From contig JAQXNC010000048.1 of the NCBI GenBank assembly GCA_029097145.1, forward strand, positions 1-48,039: a stretch of 48,039 nt of DNA, given 5' to 3'. Numbering within the stretch: the stretch's first letter is position 1; every line of letters begins with the position of its first letter. The stretch comes from Bacillota bacterium (GTDB lineage: Bacteria; Bacillota_I; Bacilli_A; Erysipelotrichales; Erysipelotrichaceae). Of this stretch, positions 37,949-48,039 are shown in pieces. The notes under the pieces are model-generated. The model did not search any database and was not told the origin of the DNA. It was given only the letters and a program-made list of their open reading frames with translations. A program made the position numbers and the translations under genes.

Positions 37949-39759
37949 TCCAAATCTTCATTAAATTGATTAGTATACAAACGATAATAATAACCCTTTA
38001 AGTCAAGTAACTGCTGGTGTTTTCCTCTTTCAACAATTTTACCATCCTTGATTACAAGTATTACATCAGCGTTGACAATTGTGCTTAAACGATGAGCTAC
38101 AACCAAAGAAGTACGATCTCTCATAATATTCTCAATAGCATACTGAATAATCTTTTCAGTTTCTGTATCAATTGATGATGTAGCTTCATCAAGCACAAAT
38201 ATTGACGGATTACTCAATACTGCTCTTGCGAATGATATGAGCTGTTTTTGTCCGGTTGATAATCTAGATCCACCTTCACCAACATCAGTATTATACCCTT
38301 CATCAAATTTGATAATAAAATCATGCGCTCTTACAAGTTTAGCTGCTTCATAAACTTCTTCATCACTGGCATTAAGTCTACCATATCGAATATTGTCCAT
38401 AATTGATCCACTAAAAAGATGTGGTGCCTGTAATACATAACCAAGATTAGAATGAAGATAACCAATCGATTTCGTTCGATAATCTTCGCCATCAATTAAT
38501 ATCGACCCACTACTAGGTTCATAGAATCGACAAATCAAATTTACGATTGTCGATTTTCCGGAACCCGTTTCTCCCACAAGCGCAACAGTCTCTCCTGCAT
38601 TGATTTTTAGATTAAAATGTTCAAGTACCTTCTCGTTTTGAATATAACTAAAAGATACATCTTTAAATTCTATATCGCCTTTTATCTTTTGATAATTAGA
38701 AATCTTAGGATTGAATGTATCACCATATTTTTCAATAACTTCTTCTGTATCAGTAATAGTAGGTTCCTGATCAAGGAGATAAACAATTCTTTCTCCAGAA
38801 GCCTGAGCCATTTGAAATTCTGACATAATCACTGCGATTGTACGAATTGGTTCATAAAACTGTTGGGCATATTGGATAAATAACACAAGAGTACCAAATG
38901 TCAGCATACCTTCAATTGATATCTTGGCGCCATACCAAACAATAAACGCCAGTGATACAGAAGATATAAAATGTACAAGTGGGCGGTATAAAGCACCAAG
39001 TTTTGCAGTTCTGATACTTGAAACCTTCATGTTGTCTGTTTCTTTTAAAAACTCATTATAATTATAATCTTCAATATGCAGTGTTTTAGTTGTTTTAGCC
39101 CCGTTTATACCTTCTGAAAAAGCGTTTGTAATACGTGAATTTATTTTTCTGACCTGTCGATGACTCTTTAATAGTCTAATCTGAAAATAGTACGAAAGAT
39201 AAGCTAATAAAGGAATAACCATCAGCACTAATAAAGCAAGTTTTGCATTAACCGAAAACATGACAATGCATGAGAATATCATGATTGGAACACCCCAGGC
39301 TAAATCCACCATTGACCAGGCGATAATTTCTGCAAGACGTGAAATATCGCTAGTCATTCTTGCCATAAGCCAACCTGTCGGTGTTGTATCAAAATATGAA
39401 AAAGATAATGAATGCAATTTTCTAAAACATTTATCTCTTAAATCATAAGCAAAATTCATCTCTACTTTACCAGAGAAGTAAAAGTATATGTAGTGAGTCA
39501 ATGATGTCGCAACTATTATTACAAAATAGCATACCACAAATATCAATAGCTCTTCATCACTACCATTTCCACTTGCGTATTTATCAATACCAGTACGATT
39601 GAATAAAGGCATCACTACTTCACTTAAAGCTATTAGAAGCTGTAAGACAATGAGTATAATGAGATATTTAAGCTGAGGCTTAAAAAGCAGACCTATTTTC
39701 TTCCATGCATCAAAATTAAAACCTTCGGAAAAGTCTTTTTCTTCAAATTCATTAGGCAT
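37936..39759 (-). CDS. ABC exporter half-transporter (TMD-NBD), consensus-NBD partner of a heterodimer
   Basis: 607 aa. Walker A GETGSGKST, Walker B FVLDEATSSID (catalytic Glu present), H-loop VAHRLST. The ABC signature is degenerate: LSTGQ. Confidence 0.9.
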   Translation of the reverse strand: MPNEFEEKDFSEGFNFDAWKKIGLLFKPQLKYLIILIVLQLLIALSEVVMPLFNRTGIDKYASGNGSDEELLIFVVCYFVIIVATSLTHYIYFYFSGKVEMNFAYDLRDKCFRKLHSLSFSYFDTTPTGWLMARMTSDISRLAEIIAWSMVDLAWGVPIMIFSCIVMFSVNAKLALLVLMVIPLLAYLSYYFQIRLLKSHRQVRKINSRITNAFSEGINGAKTTKTLHIEDYNYNEFLKETDNMKVSSIRTAKLGALYRPLVHFISSVSLAFIVWYGAKISIEGMLTFGTLVLFIQYAQQFYEPIRTIAVIMSEFQMAQASGERIVYLLDQEPTITDTEEVIEKYGDTFNPKISNYQKIKGDIEFKDVSFSYIQNEKVLEHFNLKINAGETVALVGETGSGKSTIVNLICRFYEPSSGSILIDGEDYRTKSIGYLHSNLGYVLQAPHLFSGSIMDNIRYGRLNASDEEVYEAAKLVRAHDFIIKFDEGYNTDVGEGGSRLSTGQKQLISFARAVLSNPSIFVLDEATSSIDTETEKIIQYAIENIMRDRTSLVVAHRLSTIVNADVILVIKDGKIVERGKHQQLLDLKGYYYRLYTNQFNEDLEKIR

Positions 39760-41551
39760 TTGACAACTCCTCCTTTACAATAATCTGACTCTGTATTTCG
39801 TTAATACGTTTATAGAGTCCATCAATTTTAATTAGTTCATCATGTGTTCCACTCTCAGTAATAATACCATCTTCAATCACAAAAATTCTGTCACAATCCT
39901 TAGCACTAGATATTCTTTGAGTAATGATAATCAGTGTTGTCTCTTTACCGATTTTATTAAGTTCATTTCTAATCATATTATCGGTTTGCGTATCTACAGC
40001 ACTAAGTGAATCATCAAAAATTAGAATTGGAGTCTTTTTAATCAGCGTTCGTGCAATAGCAAGTCTCTGTTTCTGACCACCAGATAAAGTAACGCCTCTT
40101 TCACCTACTAACGTTCGATAACCTTTATCAAATGATTTGATAACATCGTGAATACAGGCAATGCGTGTTGATTCATAAATCTCATCATCGCTTGCTTCAG
40201 GGTTAACCATCTTAAGATTTGAAATAATCGATTTAGAATAAAGGAACGGTTCCTGTAAAACGATACCTACATTATCTCTAAGGTAATTCTTATTTATATC
40301 ATTAATATTGCAATTGTTGATTTCTATTGAGCCAGAATCTACATCATATAGTCTTGATAGAAGATGTACAAGTGAAGATTTACCGCTTCCTGTTGGCCCA
40401 ATAAGCGCAACACTTTCCCCTTTTTTGATTTTCAGGTTTATCCCCTTTAATACATCCTGATTGTCATCGCTATATTTAAAGTATACATCTCTAAAAACAA
40501 TGTCTCCTCTAAGATCTGGTTTTAATCCTGCAATTAAATCTTCACCAGGGGTTTCGCAAATATCAATAATTCTATCAAGTGAAACTGTAACTTTACCAAA
40601 ATCACTTAAGATTCTGCCAAGAGCTCTGATAGGATATAAAATCATATTCTGATATGTCACAAATACTACAAAATCTCCAACTGTAATGGCGTTGTTTCTG
40701 ACTGCAAAGATACCTAATACAATAATAGAAAGTATACCCAGTAGGCAAATAAAATAACTGGAAGCCCAATACATACCAAGAGATAAAATCATTTTATATG
40801 TGACATCATAATACTCTCTATTTGTCTTTTCAAATTTCTTTATTTCATATATTTCTCTATTAAAAGCTTTAACTACTCTAATACCTGATAATGATTCCTG
40901 TATAACAGTTGACATCACGGCTTCAGCTTCATCAGAAACAAGAAACTGTTTCTGTATTTTTCTAAAAAATAGAAAAGAATATAGAAAAATAACTGGTAAT
41001 GATAATGATGCAAAGAAAGCCAGTTTATAATTTATGTTAAACAGAATAGTCATGGCAATAATCGCAGTTGCCAGAATATAAAATATCTCTGCAAATTGTC
41101 CAGCAAAAAAACGGCGAATCATATCGACATCACTTGTACATTTTTGAATCAATTCACCCGTCTTAGCTTTTACATGGTATGCATAAGGCAATTCCTGCAG
41201 ATGATGATATAAATTATTTCTGATATTAGCTACGAGATTTTCTGATATAACTCCCTGTGTACTTTGACGATATCTCAGAAGAACCATAACCATGAAATAA
41301 ATCAATATCATAACTAATGCCAGAATATAAAGATGTTCACGTATGTTTTCCACTCCTCCGAGTACACCTGCAAGCATCTTCATTATTGTCATTTTAATTG
41401 GTTTATCATCAATTACGTTATCTATTACAAAACTAAGCATTAAACTGGAAATTAAATTCATCCCAGCATATATAACAGTAACTAAAACCAGTAATAATAA
41501 TTTAAGTTTGTATTTTTCTAAATGATCTAGTATAAAATTAATTCTTTTCAT
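39752..41551 (-). CDS. ABC exporter half-transporter (TMD-NBD), degenerate-site partner of a heterodimer
   Basis: 599 aa. Walker A GPTGSGKSS, canonical signature LSGGQ. Walker B is ILIFDDS (Glu->Asp) and the H-loop is ITQRIS (His->Gln). Confidence 0.9.
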   Translation of the reverse strand: MKRINFILDHLEKYKLKLLLLVLVTVIYAGMNLISSLMLSFVIDNVIDDKPIKMTIMKMLAGVLGGVENIREHLYILALVMILIYFMVMVLLRYRQSTQGVISENLVANIRNNLYHHLQELPYAYHVKAKTGELIQKCTSDVDMIRRFFAGQFAEIFYILATAIIAMTILFNINYKLAFFASLSLPVIFLYSFLFFRKIQKQFLVSDEAEAVMSTVIQESLSGIRVVKAFNREIYEIKKFEKTNREYYDVTYKMILSLGMYWASSYFICLLGILSIIVLGIFAVRNNAITVGDFVVFVTYQNMILYPIRALGRILSDFGKVTVSLDRIIDICETPGEDLIAGLKPDLRGDIVFRDVYFKYSDDNQDVLKGINLKIKKGESVALIGPTGSGKSSLVHLLSRLYDVDSGSIEINNCNINDINKNYLRDNVGIVLQEPFLYSKSIISNLKMVNPEASDDEIYESTRIACIHDVIKSFDKGYRTLVGERGVTLSGGQKQRLAIARTLIKKTPILIFDDSLSAVDTQTDNMIRNELNKIGKETTLIIITQRISSAKDCDRIFVIEDGIITESGTHDELIKIDGLYKRINEIQSQIIVKEELSNA

Positions 41552-41795
41552 CAGCTTTTATTTTTTTCAAAGCCTGAGCAATCTGATCGGGACATGAAGT
41601 TTTTTTGTTACCACAAGTTACACCTTCAAAATCTTCAATTACTTCATCAAGGGTCATACCCTTTACGATTCTTGATATCCCTAAAAGATTACCAGGACAT
41701 CCCCCTGTAACTTCTAAACTCTTAATTCTGTCGTCTTCAATATCAAAGACAAGTTTTCTTGAACATGTACCAACTGGCGTGTATTCATATTTCAT
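41538..41795 (-). CDS. Small TSCPD-domain protein (TIGR03905-like), function unknown
   Basis: 85 aa with GGCPGNL and KKTSCPDQIAQAL motifs. Overlaps the downstream ABC gene by 14 nt. Confidence 0.7.
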   Translation of the reverse strand: MKYEYTPVGTCSRKLVFDIEDDRIKSLEVTGGCPGNLLGISRIVKGMTLDEVIEDFEGVTCGNKKTSCPDQIAQALKKIKADEKN

Positions 41796-41801
41796 AATTA
41801 A

Positions 41802-42482
41802 TTAACCTCTTACTCTTTCTAATTCTTCAAAATGATTAAAAATATCTTTATCAGCTACTACTAATAACTGATCTGTATCCTGTATTAAATAATTAGGGTT
41901 TGGATTAATAGATAAGTGCTGGTTATCACCATTTCTTATTCCTAATACATTTATACCTAGTTTACTTCGAATATTTAACTGCAGCAATGACTTGTTGACC
42001 CATGATGTAGGAGCTTTAATTTCCATGATAGAGTAATCTTTATCAATATCAACTAGTTCAACTATGTTCCATGCCAGTAAGGCTTTCGCCATTCTGATAC
42101 CCATTTCTTTCTCTGGAAGTACTATTTTATCAGCACCTATTTTTAGCATGATATCACCGTATTTGCGATTCTTAGCTTTAGCTAAAACATAAGGAACACC
42201 AAGTTCTTTTAAATTCATAATAGCCAGAATCGATTCCTCAAGATGTGATCCAGTTGCAACAATAGCTGCATCAGCATCACCTGCACCAATAGCTCTGAGC
42301 TGATCTTTATCTGTAAAATCACAGCATACAGCATGTGCAACCAGTTCACTCATTCTTTCTACGCACGACATATCCTTATCTAACGCGATAACATCCTGTC
42401 CAAATTTTGTCAGTTCTTTTGATATTGTTGAACCAAATATACCAAGTCCAAGTACAATATAAGTCTTTTTTGAATTGCTCAT
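41802..42482 (-). CDS. ktrA: K+ uptake regulatory subunit (TrkA/KtrA; RCK N and C domains)
   Basis: GLGIFGSTISKEL Rossmann motif, 226 aa, adjacent to a TrkH/KtrB membrane subunit. Confidence 0.85.
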   Translation of the reverse strand: MSNSKKTYIVLGLGIFGSTISKELTKFGQDVIALDKDMSCVERMSELVAHAVCCDFTDKDQLRAIGAGDADAAIVATGSHLEESILAIMNLKELGVPYVLAKAKNRKYGDIMLKIGADKIVLPEKEMGIRMAKALLAWNIVELVDIDKDYSIMEIKAPTSWVNKSLLQLNIRSKLGINVLGIRNGDNQHLSINPNPNYLIQDTDQLLVVADKDIFNHFEELERVRG

Positions 42483-42488
42483 TATTCT

Positions 42489-43865
42489 TTACCCCACCAT
42501 AATTTCTGTTTGCGGATATCTGATACCAGTATCATTTCTAGTTGATTTACGTAATGAATATGCGATAGTTATAGGTCCTACACGGCCAATAAACATCAAG
42601 ACTATAATAACTACCTTACCAAAACCTGATAGTAATGGTGTCAATCCAGTAGATAAACCAACAGTTCCAATAGCACTTACAATTTCAAACAATAAATCCA
42701 GTGCATCAAAATTTTCACTGACAAGCAGTGTCATAAATGCTAGTATTATACTTGCCAAATAGAAAATAAATACTACATAAGCCTTAATAAAATTCTTTTT
42801 TAAGATATGTTTCCCATAAACATGCATATGTTTTTCATTACGAATATCAGATATAGTCATAATAATTAAAAGGAAAAAAGTTGTTGTTTTAATACCACCA
42901 GCAGTACCACCAGGTGAACCACCAATAAGCATAAAAATACACATGAATACTTTCGTAATACGATTTAAAACACTGTAATCAATAGTATAGAAACCTGCTG
43001 TTCTTAAGGTTACTGAATTGAAGAATGAATTCATAATCTTTGACGGTAGTGAAAGTGAAGCCATACTGTTATTGTATTCAGCAACAAAGATGAAAACCAT
43101 ACCAAATAAAATAAGTGATACCGTAATTGCAGTTACAAGTTTTGTATGAATATTCAACTTCTTATATACATTCTTTTTAAATCTCACAAGTAACCCGAGT
43201 TTTTCTTTGTAGTCAAACCATACCGCAAAACCAAGACCACCGGTAATTATTAACGCTGCCACAGTAAAAACAATAATTGGATTGTTTTGATAAGCCATTA
43301 ATGAAGTAGCTCCGAAACAGTCAATTCCTGCATTGCAGAATGCAGATACTGATAAAAAGATACTCTGAGCAATACCACCTAAGAAATCATATTCAGCAAT
43401 CAAAACTGGTGACATAATCAAAGCTCCCAAGATTTCAAAAAAGAAAGTAAATTTAAAAATGCCATAAATATAATGTCTAAGATCGCTGAAATCCATCTTA
43501 TTAAGTGCATCCTTCATTAACATTCGCTCTTTAAATTCAAGTTTCGTCTTAATGAACATTAAAACTATCGATATAAATGACATCAGCCCTAAACCACCGA
43601 ACTGTATTAAAATCAATATTACAAAACGTCCAAAAACAGAATATTGTTCAAGTGCAACAGTTGTTAATAACCCGGTAACACAGGTAGCACTAGTAGCAGT
43701 AAACAGGTTATCAATGAGCGGTAATACTTCACGATTATTTGATATAGGAAGAGACAGAAGCAACGTTCCCATAATAATCATAAAAAGAAAACTTGATGCC
43801 AATATCTTTGCAACACTAAATTTATTTACGACATAAGATCTTAATTTAAGTAAAACACGTTTCAT
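42489..43865 (-). CDS. ktrB: K+ transporter membrane subunit (TrkH/KtrB family)
   Basis: 458 aa polytopic protein with repeated selectivity-filter-like segments (SATCVTGL, FCNAGID, LRTAGF, IGTVGLSTG). Confidence 0.85.
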   Translation of the reverse strand: MKRVLLKLRSYVVNKFSVAKILASSFLFMIIMGTLLLSLPISNNREVLPLIDNLFTATSATCVTGLLTTVALEQYSVFGRFVILILIQFGGLGLMSFISIVLMFIKTKLEFKERMLMKDALNKMDFSDLRHYIYGIFKFTFFFEILGALIMSPVLIAEYDFLGGIAQSIFLSVSAFCNAGIDCFGATSLMAYQNNPIIVFTVAALIITGGLGFAVWFDYKEKLGLLVRFKKNVYKKLNIHTKLVTAITVSLILFGMVFIFVAEYNNSMASLSLPSKIMNSFFNSVTLRTAGFYTIDYSVLNRITKVFMCIFMLIGGSPGGTAGGIKTTTFFLLIIMTISDIRNEKHMHVYGKHILKKNFIKAYVVFIFYLASIILAFMTLLVSENFDALDLLFEIVSAIGTVGLSTGLTPLLSGFGKVVIIVLMFIGRVGPITIAYSLRKSTRNDTGIRYPQTEIMVG

Positions 43866-43919
43866 ATTCTTAATTATGCTACTTTTATTGATTATTATCT
43901 ATAGTATTATGATAACTTA

Positions 43920-43948
43920 TTGAAAATGACACCTATTTAGAGTAATAT
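43920..43948 (+). promoter_or_regulatory. Putative sigma-A promoter of gltX
   Basis: TTGAAA (43920-43925), 17-nt spacer, TAATAT (43943-43948). Confidence 0.4.
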
Positions 43949-43974
43949 TTATATGTTTAAAAAGGATGGTAAAA

Positions 43975-45429
43975 ATGGAAACAATTAGAACAAGATTTGC
44001 TCCAAGTCCAACAGGATATATGCATATCGGCAATCTAAGAACTGCCCTTTATGCTTACTTGGTAGCTAAAAAAAGTGATAATGGAGTATTTATCCTACGT
44101 ATTGAAGATACTGACCAGGGAAGACTGGTTGATGGTGCAGTAGATATTATCTATAACACATTAAAAGAATGTGGTTTAAAACACGATGAAGGACCAGATG
44201 TTGGTGGCAATTTTGGACCTTATGTTCAATCAGAACGTATGAGATCGGGTATATATAAAGAATATGCTCTTAAGCTTGTAGAATTAGGTAAGGCTCATAT
44301 CTGCTTCTGTAGCGAAGATGATATTAAGGCTCAAAAAGAAGTAGCTGAAGCAAAAGGTGAATCATTTATATATCGTGACCCATGCAAGAAATTAAGTAAA
44401 GAAGAGATTGAAAAACGTATCGCTGATGGTGAACCATACGTCGTAAGACAGAACATCAATCCTAACGGAACTACTTCATTTGATGATGAAGTATATGGTA
44501 CTATCACAGTCGAAAATTCAATCCTGGATGAAATGATTCTTCTTAAGTCTGATGGATTCCCTACATACAACTTTGCTAATGTTATTGATGATCATTTAAT
44601 GGGTATTACTGATGTTGTAAGAGGAAATGAATATCTTTCTAGTACTCCTAAATACAACCTGATTTATGAAGCATTAGGTTGGGATAAACCAAGATATATT
44701 CACTGCCCACCAGTAATGAAAGATGAACACCAGAAGTTATCAAAGAGAAATGGTGATGCATCATTCCAAGATCTGGTTGCAAAAGGATATTTACCAGAAG
44801 CAATTTTAAACTATATCGCTCTGCTTGGATGGTCACCTAGTGAAGAAAGAGAAATCTATTCACTCGAAGAATTAGCAAAAGCATTTGATGTCAAGAGAAT
44901 CAATACTTCAGGCGCAATCTTTGATATCGAAAAATTAAAATGGATGAACGGTGTATACCTCCGTGATATGGATTTTGATAGATATGTAAATATCGTTACG
45001 CCTTATATTAAAAAAGCTGTAAAGAAGGATCTGAATGTTGAAGAAATAGCACATATTCTTAAAGAAAGAGTTTCTATCCTTTCAGAAATACCTGAAATGA
45101 TAGATTTCCTTGATGAATTACCTGAATATGAGATTGACTTATATACAAACAAAAAGATGAAAACAAATCCTGAGGTAGCTTTAGCATCACTTAAGAATGC
45201 CAGAGATTTCCTTGAATCATTAAATGATTGGAATCACGAGACTATTCATGATGGATTAATGAATCTGGCACAATCTCTAGGAATTAAGAATGGTCAACTA
45301 TTATATCCAGTCAGAGTTGCTTTGAGTGGTAAGGCATTTACTCCAGGTGGTGCAATTGAAATTGCTGAAATCCTTGGTAAACAGGAATCGTTAAAACGAA
45401 TCGATACCGCAATTGCAAAGCTTTCATAA
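43975..45429 (+). CDS. gltX: Glutamate--tRNA ligase
   Basis: [16 protein letters not shown] (HIGH) and KLSKR (KMSKS). I prefer ATG 43975, with AAGGA 8 nt upstream, over the track start at 43966. Confidence 0.95.
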   Translation: METIRTRFAPSPTGYMHIGNLRTALYAYLVAKKSDNGVFILRIEDTDQGRLVDGAVDIIYNTLKECGLKHDEGPDVGGNFGPYVQSERMRSGIYKEYALKLVELGKAHICFCSEDDIKAQKEVAEAKGESFIYRDPCKKLSKEEIEKRIADGEPYVVRQNINPNGTTSFDDEVYGTITVENSILDEMILLKSDGFPTYNFANVIDDHLMGITDVVRGNEYLSSTPKYNLIYEALGWDKPRYIHCPPVMKDEHQKLSKRNGDASFQDLVAKGYLPEAILNYIALLGWSPSEEREIYSLEELAKAFDVKRINTSGAIFDIEKLKWMNGVYLRDMDFDRYVNIVTPYIKKAVKKDLNVEEIAHILKERVSILSEIPEMIDFLDELPEYEIDLYTNKKMKTNPEVALASLKNARDFLESLNDWNHETIHDGLMNLAQSLGIKNGQLLYPVRVALSGKAFTPGGAIEIAEILGKQESLKRIDTAIAKLS

Positions 45430-45434
45430 GCATT

Positions 45435-45484
45435 AAAAACGCATATTATCTGAGTTAATAAAGTACTCATTAATATGCGTTTTT
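45435..45484. terminator. Bidirectional intrinsic terminator between gltX (+) and the MATE gene (-)
   Basis: AAAAACGCATATTA (45435-45448) pairs perfectly with TAATATGCGTTTTT (45471-45484). There is further TGAGT/ACTCA pairing inside the loop. A-run and T-run flanks. Confidence 0.7.
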
Positions 45485-45489
45485 ATATT

Positions 45490-46833
45490 CTAAACTTTCG
45501 TTATAACATGCTGTTTATAATATATAATCAGCGATATTGATAAGATTATACCCTTTAAAATAGACGAGACAGTAACAGCAATCCATATGCCATTAATTCC
45601 ATAAATGCCAGATAGATATAAAGCAAGCGGTATTCTCAATAATGTAAAAAAGAAAGAAACGATAAAAGGCGGTAAGGTGTTACCCAATCCATTAAAACAA
45701 GACGCCGAAATTATCTCTACACACATGAACAGCTGTGATACTGAAAGTATCTTAAGGTAATCAACGCCCATCATGATAACATTTTTTTCATGAATAAATA
45801 TATTAAATATCGGTTCAGCAAACAGCATTAACAAAATAGTGGTGAATATACCCCATATTGTCATTATACCAAAACCAATCTTGGTACCCTTCATTATTCT
45901 TTTATAATCACTGGCACCATAATTCTGAGCGACAAAACTATTCATCGCTACTGCATATCCATCACCTATCATCCAAGATATAGATTCAATCTGACTTCCA
46001 ACTTTTTGCACGGCAACTCCATCGTCACCAAAACGGGCTACTATTCTTGCGATCACCATTGAGATGAATGCAAAAACCATCGATTCAAGAGCTACAGGTA
46101 AACCAAGTAATATGACCTCTTTTATTCTTTTATAGTCAATTCTATTTATAATACTAAGCTTATTCAATATAGAATTTTTACGAATCAGTATTGTGAATGA
46201 AAAATAAACTATAAATTGAGATATCACAGTCGCCAAAGCAGCTCCTATCACTCCAAAACCAGGAATAAACATAAATCCATTAATTAAGATTGGATCAAGT
46301 ATAATATTTAATCCAAGTCCTATACCTGTTACATACAAGCTTATTTTTGAATTGCCCATTGATGATAAAATTCCGGTATAATACGTACCAAAGAAACTAA
46401 ATATAATAAGTCCACCGCATATTCTTAAATAGCTGGATGCATCGTTTAATGTTTGTATATTATTTAAATTAAAAAAAGAAATCATTCCCTGACTAAAGAA
46501 AAAAGATAATAAGCCAAAAACAGCAGCCAGAAATACCAGCAGCTGTTTGGAACTTAGTGCATATTCTCTTGCGGATTTCATATCATTCGCACCAAGTGAA
46601 TGTCCAACTTTAATTTGACCACCACTTCTTGGAATAATCACAAGACCACTACCAAGCCACATATATAATCCTGCAGCGCCAATTGCTGCCACTGCATCTG
46701 AGCCCAAACCACCTATCCATATCATATCGGTCAGGTTATATGCCATCTGAATCAGGCTTGAGAGCATTATTGGCAGTGCGAGTGAATTAAGTGATTTAAA
46801 GATGTTACCCTTAAGCAAATCTACATTATTCAT
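45490..46833 (-). CDS. MATE family efflux transporter
   Basis: 447 aa, about 12 TM helices. N-terminal LALPIMLSSLIQMAYNLTDMIWIG pattern typical of MATE/NorM. Confidence 0.9.
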   Translation of the reverse strand: MNNVDLLKGNIFKSLNSLALPIMLSSLIQMAYNLTDMIWIGGLGSDAVAAIGAAGLYMWLGSGLVIIPRSGGQIKVGHSLGANDMKSAREYALSSKQLLVFLAAVFGLLSFFFSQGMISFFNLNNIQTLNDASSYLRICGGLIIFSFFGTYYTGILSSMGNSKISLYVTGIGLGLNIILDPILINGFMFIPGFGVIGAALATVISQFIVYFSFTILIRKNSILNKLSIINRIDYKRIKEVILLGLPVALESMVFAFISMVIARIVARFGDDGVAVQKVGSQIESISWMIGDGYAVAMNSFVAQNYGASDYKRIMKGTKIGFGIMTIWGIFTTILLMLFAEPIFNIFIHEKNVIMMGVDYLKILSVSQLFMCVEIISASCFNGLGNTLPPFIVSFFFTLLRIPLALYLSGIYGINGIWIAVTVSSILKGIILSISLIIYYKQHVITKV

Positions 46834-48039
46834 TAATTAATCTTCATACCCTTAATAATCATGTGTTTAGGACCGTAATATCCTGTATATTTAGCTTTTT
46901 CATTACTGAAAAATATTTTGTCTTTTAGAAGTTCGTAGAAATTACCGCTGATACTCAAACCGGTAACCGGGATTATTTGACCTTCATGATGATATAGTGC
47001 CAGTCTTACTTCACCGCCAAAATAGCCACTGCTCGCATCAAATTGAGGTGAAGAAAAAGACATTATTTCAAGATAGTTCTCACCTAATTCAGGTTCATTT
47101 TCAAAAGTATCAACAGACAGTACTCTTTCAACACCTGAGATATCACTCTGCTTTAGGTATTGTCCAAAGCGATAAGATCCCCAGTAATCAATAACCTTAC
47201 CATTTTCAATAATTTTCTTATCCTTTAAAACTACACCATTACTGTCAAATGGAAATGAATTTGCAACACCTTTTACATATGGTTTGTATATCATATCTAT
47301 GTTTCTATCTGTGATAACATCATCAATTTTAAAATGATTCATGCATGAATAAACAACATCATAAGATATATCGTTAGCTAAATTGCGTAAAAAGAACCCT
47401 GTTTCATCATTGAGTATCACATCCACATCTTTATCTAATTCAAGTTTTTGAGCTATAGAACGGTTTCTTGCATCTTCAAAAATCTTTTCAGTTCTTTTAG
47501 TGATGTAATCGTAGTCTTCATCGATAAACTTAAAATCGAGATATAATTCGTATTCTTCGTTGTTTTTAAAAGTAGGAATTACTTCAACTTCGCCACTTCT
47601 TTTCAAAAACTTATGATGAACATTCTTTGAATTTATGTATTCAGTTTCAATTTCTCTTATGAAGACTTCAAGAGAATTAATCCATCCATTTTCAAAATGA
47701 TTAGCTTTATAAACAGCCTTTGCAGTTTTAATAGCTACATCATTAAGATCTTCGTTTTGAATCGAATCAAACGAAACATAATTATCGTTGTTGTCATAGA
47801 GATTAAATTTCTTATTTTTTGAATTCAAAGACTGATTAATAGCTATCTTTATTTTTTCTCTTATAGAATCAATATCATCTGCGCTGTTTACTACAAATTC
47901 AGATGAGCCACGAAACTCTTCAAAATCATGGTAAACAGTCACAGTAATATCACTGTTATCGGTATAACGATTTGTTTCAAGTGCATCAAGTACAAAGAAA
48001 AGCTGTGCACTTTTGATTCTATTAATATTTATTTCATAA
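46833..48039 (-). CDS. TldD/PmbA-family protein (N-terminus outside the window)
   Basis: The frame stays open upstream of the GTG at 47942 to the window edge (...YEININRIKSAQLFFVLDALETNRYTDNSDITVTVYHDF). C-terminal FGGEVRLA...GLSISGNFYELL...GPKHMIIKGMKI resembles the TldD/PmbA C-terminal domain. Confidence 0.6.
   Translation of the reverse strand, partial: YEININRIKSAQLFFVLDALETNRYTDNSDITVTVYHDFEEFRGSSEFVVNSADDIDSIREKIKIAINQSLNSKNKKFNLYDNNDNYVSFDSIQNEDLNDVAIKTAKAVYKANHFENGWINSLEVFIREIETEYINSKNVHHKFLKRSGEVEVIPTFKNNEEYELYLDFKFIDEDYDYITKRTEKIFEDARNRSIAQKLELDKDVDVILNDETGFFLRNLANDISYDVVYSCMNHFKIDDVITDRNIDMIYKPYVKGVANSFPFDSNGVVLKDKKIIENGKVIDYWGSYRFGQYLKQSDISGVERVLSVDTFENEPELGENYLEIMSFSSPQFDASSGYFGGEVRLALYHHEGQIIPVTGLSISGNFYELLKDKIFFSNEKAKYTGYYGPKHMIIKGMKIN

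Noticed and set aside
43866-43974. Possible c-di-AMP (ydaO-type) riboswitch upstream of ktrB, or a T-box upstream of gltX, in the divergent intergenic region
   Set aside because: Only ~109 nt are shared by two divergent promoters, too short for either element. No T-box (GGTGGNACC) or pseudo-symmetric ydaO motifs are visible.
1-48039. Possible alternative genetic code (TGA=Trp, as in Mollicutes), given the very low GC content
   Set aside because: Long conserved ORFs are intact under the standard code. Trp is TGG in conserved positions, and several well-supported genes end at TGA (for example comEC at 14755-14757, holA at 15753-15755 and recN at 28114-28116).

Overview
Strongly AT-rich (not computed), gene-dense chromosomal segment of a low-GC Gram-positive bacterium (Bacillota). 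The class is my guess only: Erysipelotrichia-like. The standard genetic code applies: TGA, TAA and TAG all terminate good ORFs and Trp is TGG. Nearly everything is core housekeeping, and the gene order recalls known Bacillus subtilis blocks. On the + strand: mnmA-recD2-[Ala T-box]-alaS-ireB-ruvX-yrzB-mltG-udk-greA, then comEA-comEC-holA, sdaA, a U32 peptidase, smc-ftsY-ylxM, ackA, nrnA and hup. On the - strand there are two long co-directional strings with many overlapping stop/start codons: nusB-xseA-xseB-ispA-dxs(like)-recN-xerD-deoB, and ktrB-ktrA-TSCPD-ABC-ABC-lspA-rluD-rhomboid. The window ends with gltX (+), a MATE exporter and a truncated TldD/PmbA-family gene (-). I found no rRNA, tRNA, CRISPR array, IS element, prophage or recognisable defence system. 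I do not see a convincing new multi-gene system here. The points most worth a second look are: (1) a full-length Dxs homolog whose ThDP-binding and catalytic motifs are all replaced, kept and translationally coupled in the conserved ispA-dxs-recN slot (candidate pseudoenzyme); (2) recN interrupted by one in-frame TAA while both halves keep intact motifs; (3) a two-gene accessory insert between greA and comEA encoding a membrane-anchored Ig-like protein and a 907-aa secreted SpaA/Cna-B-type protein, which has a possible Cys/Gln thioester motif pair, lacks a sortase signal and overlaps comEA by 8 nt; (4) an orphan DinJ/RelB-type RHH protein heading the nusB operon. All product calls rest on motif recognition by eye, with no database searches.
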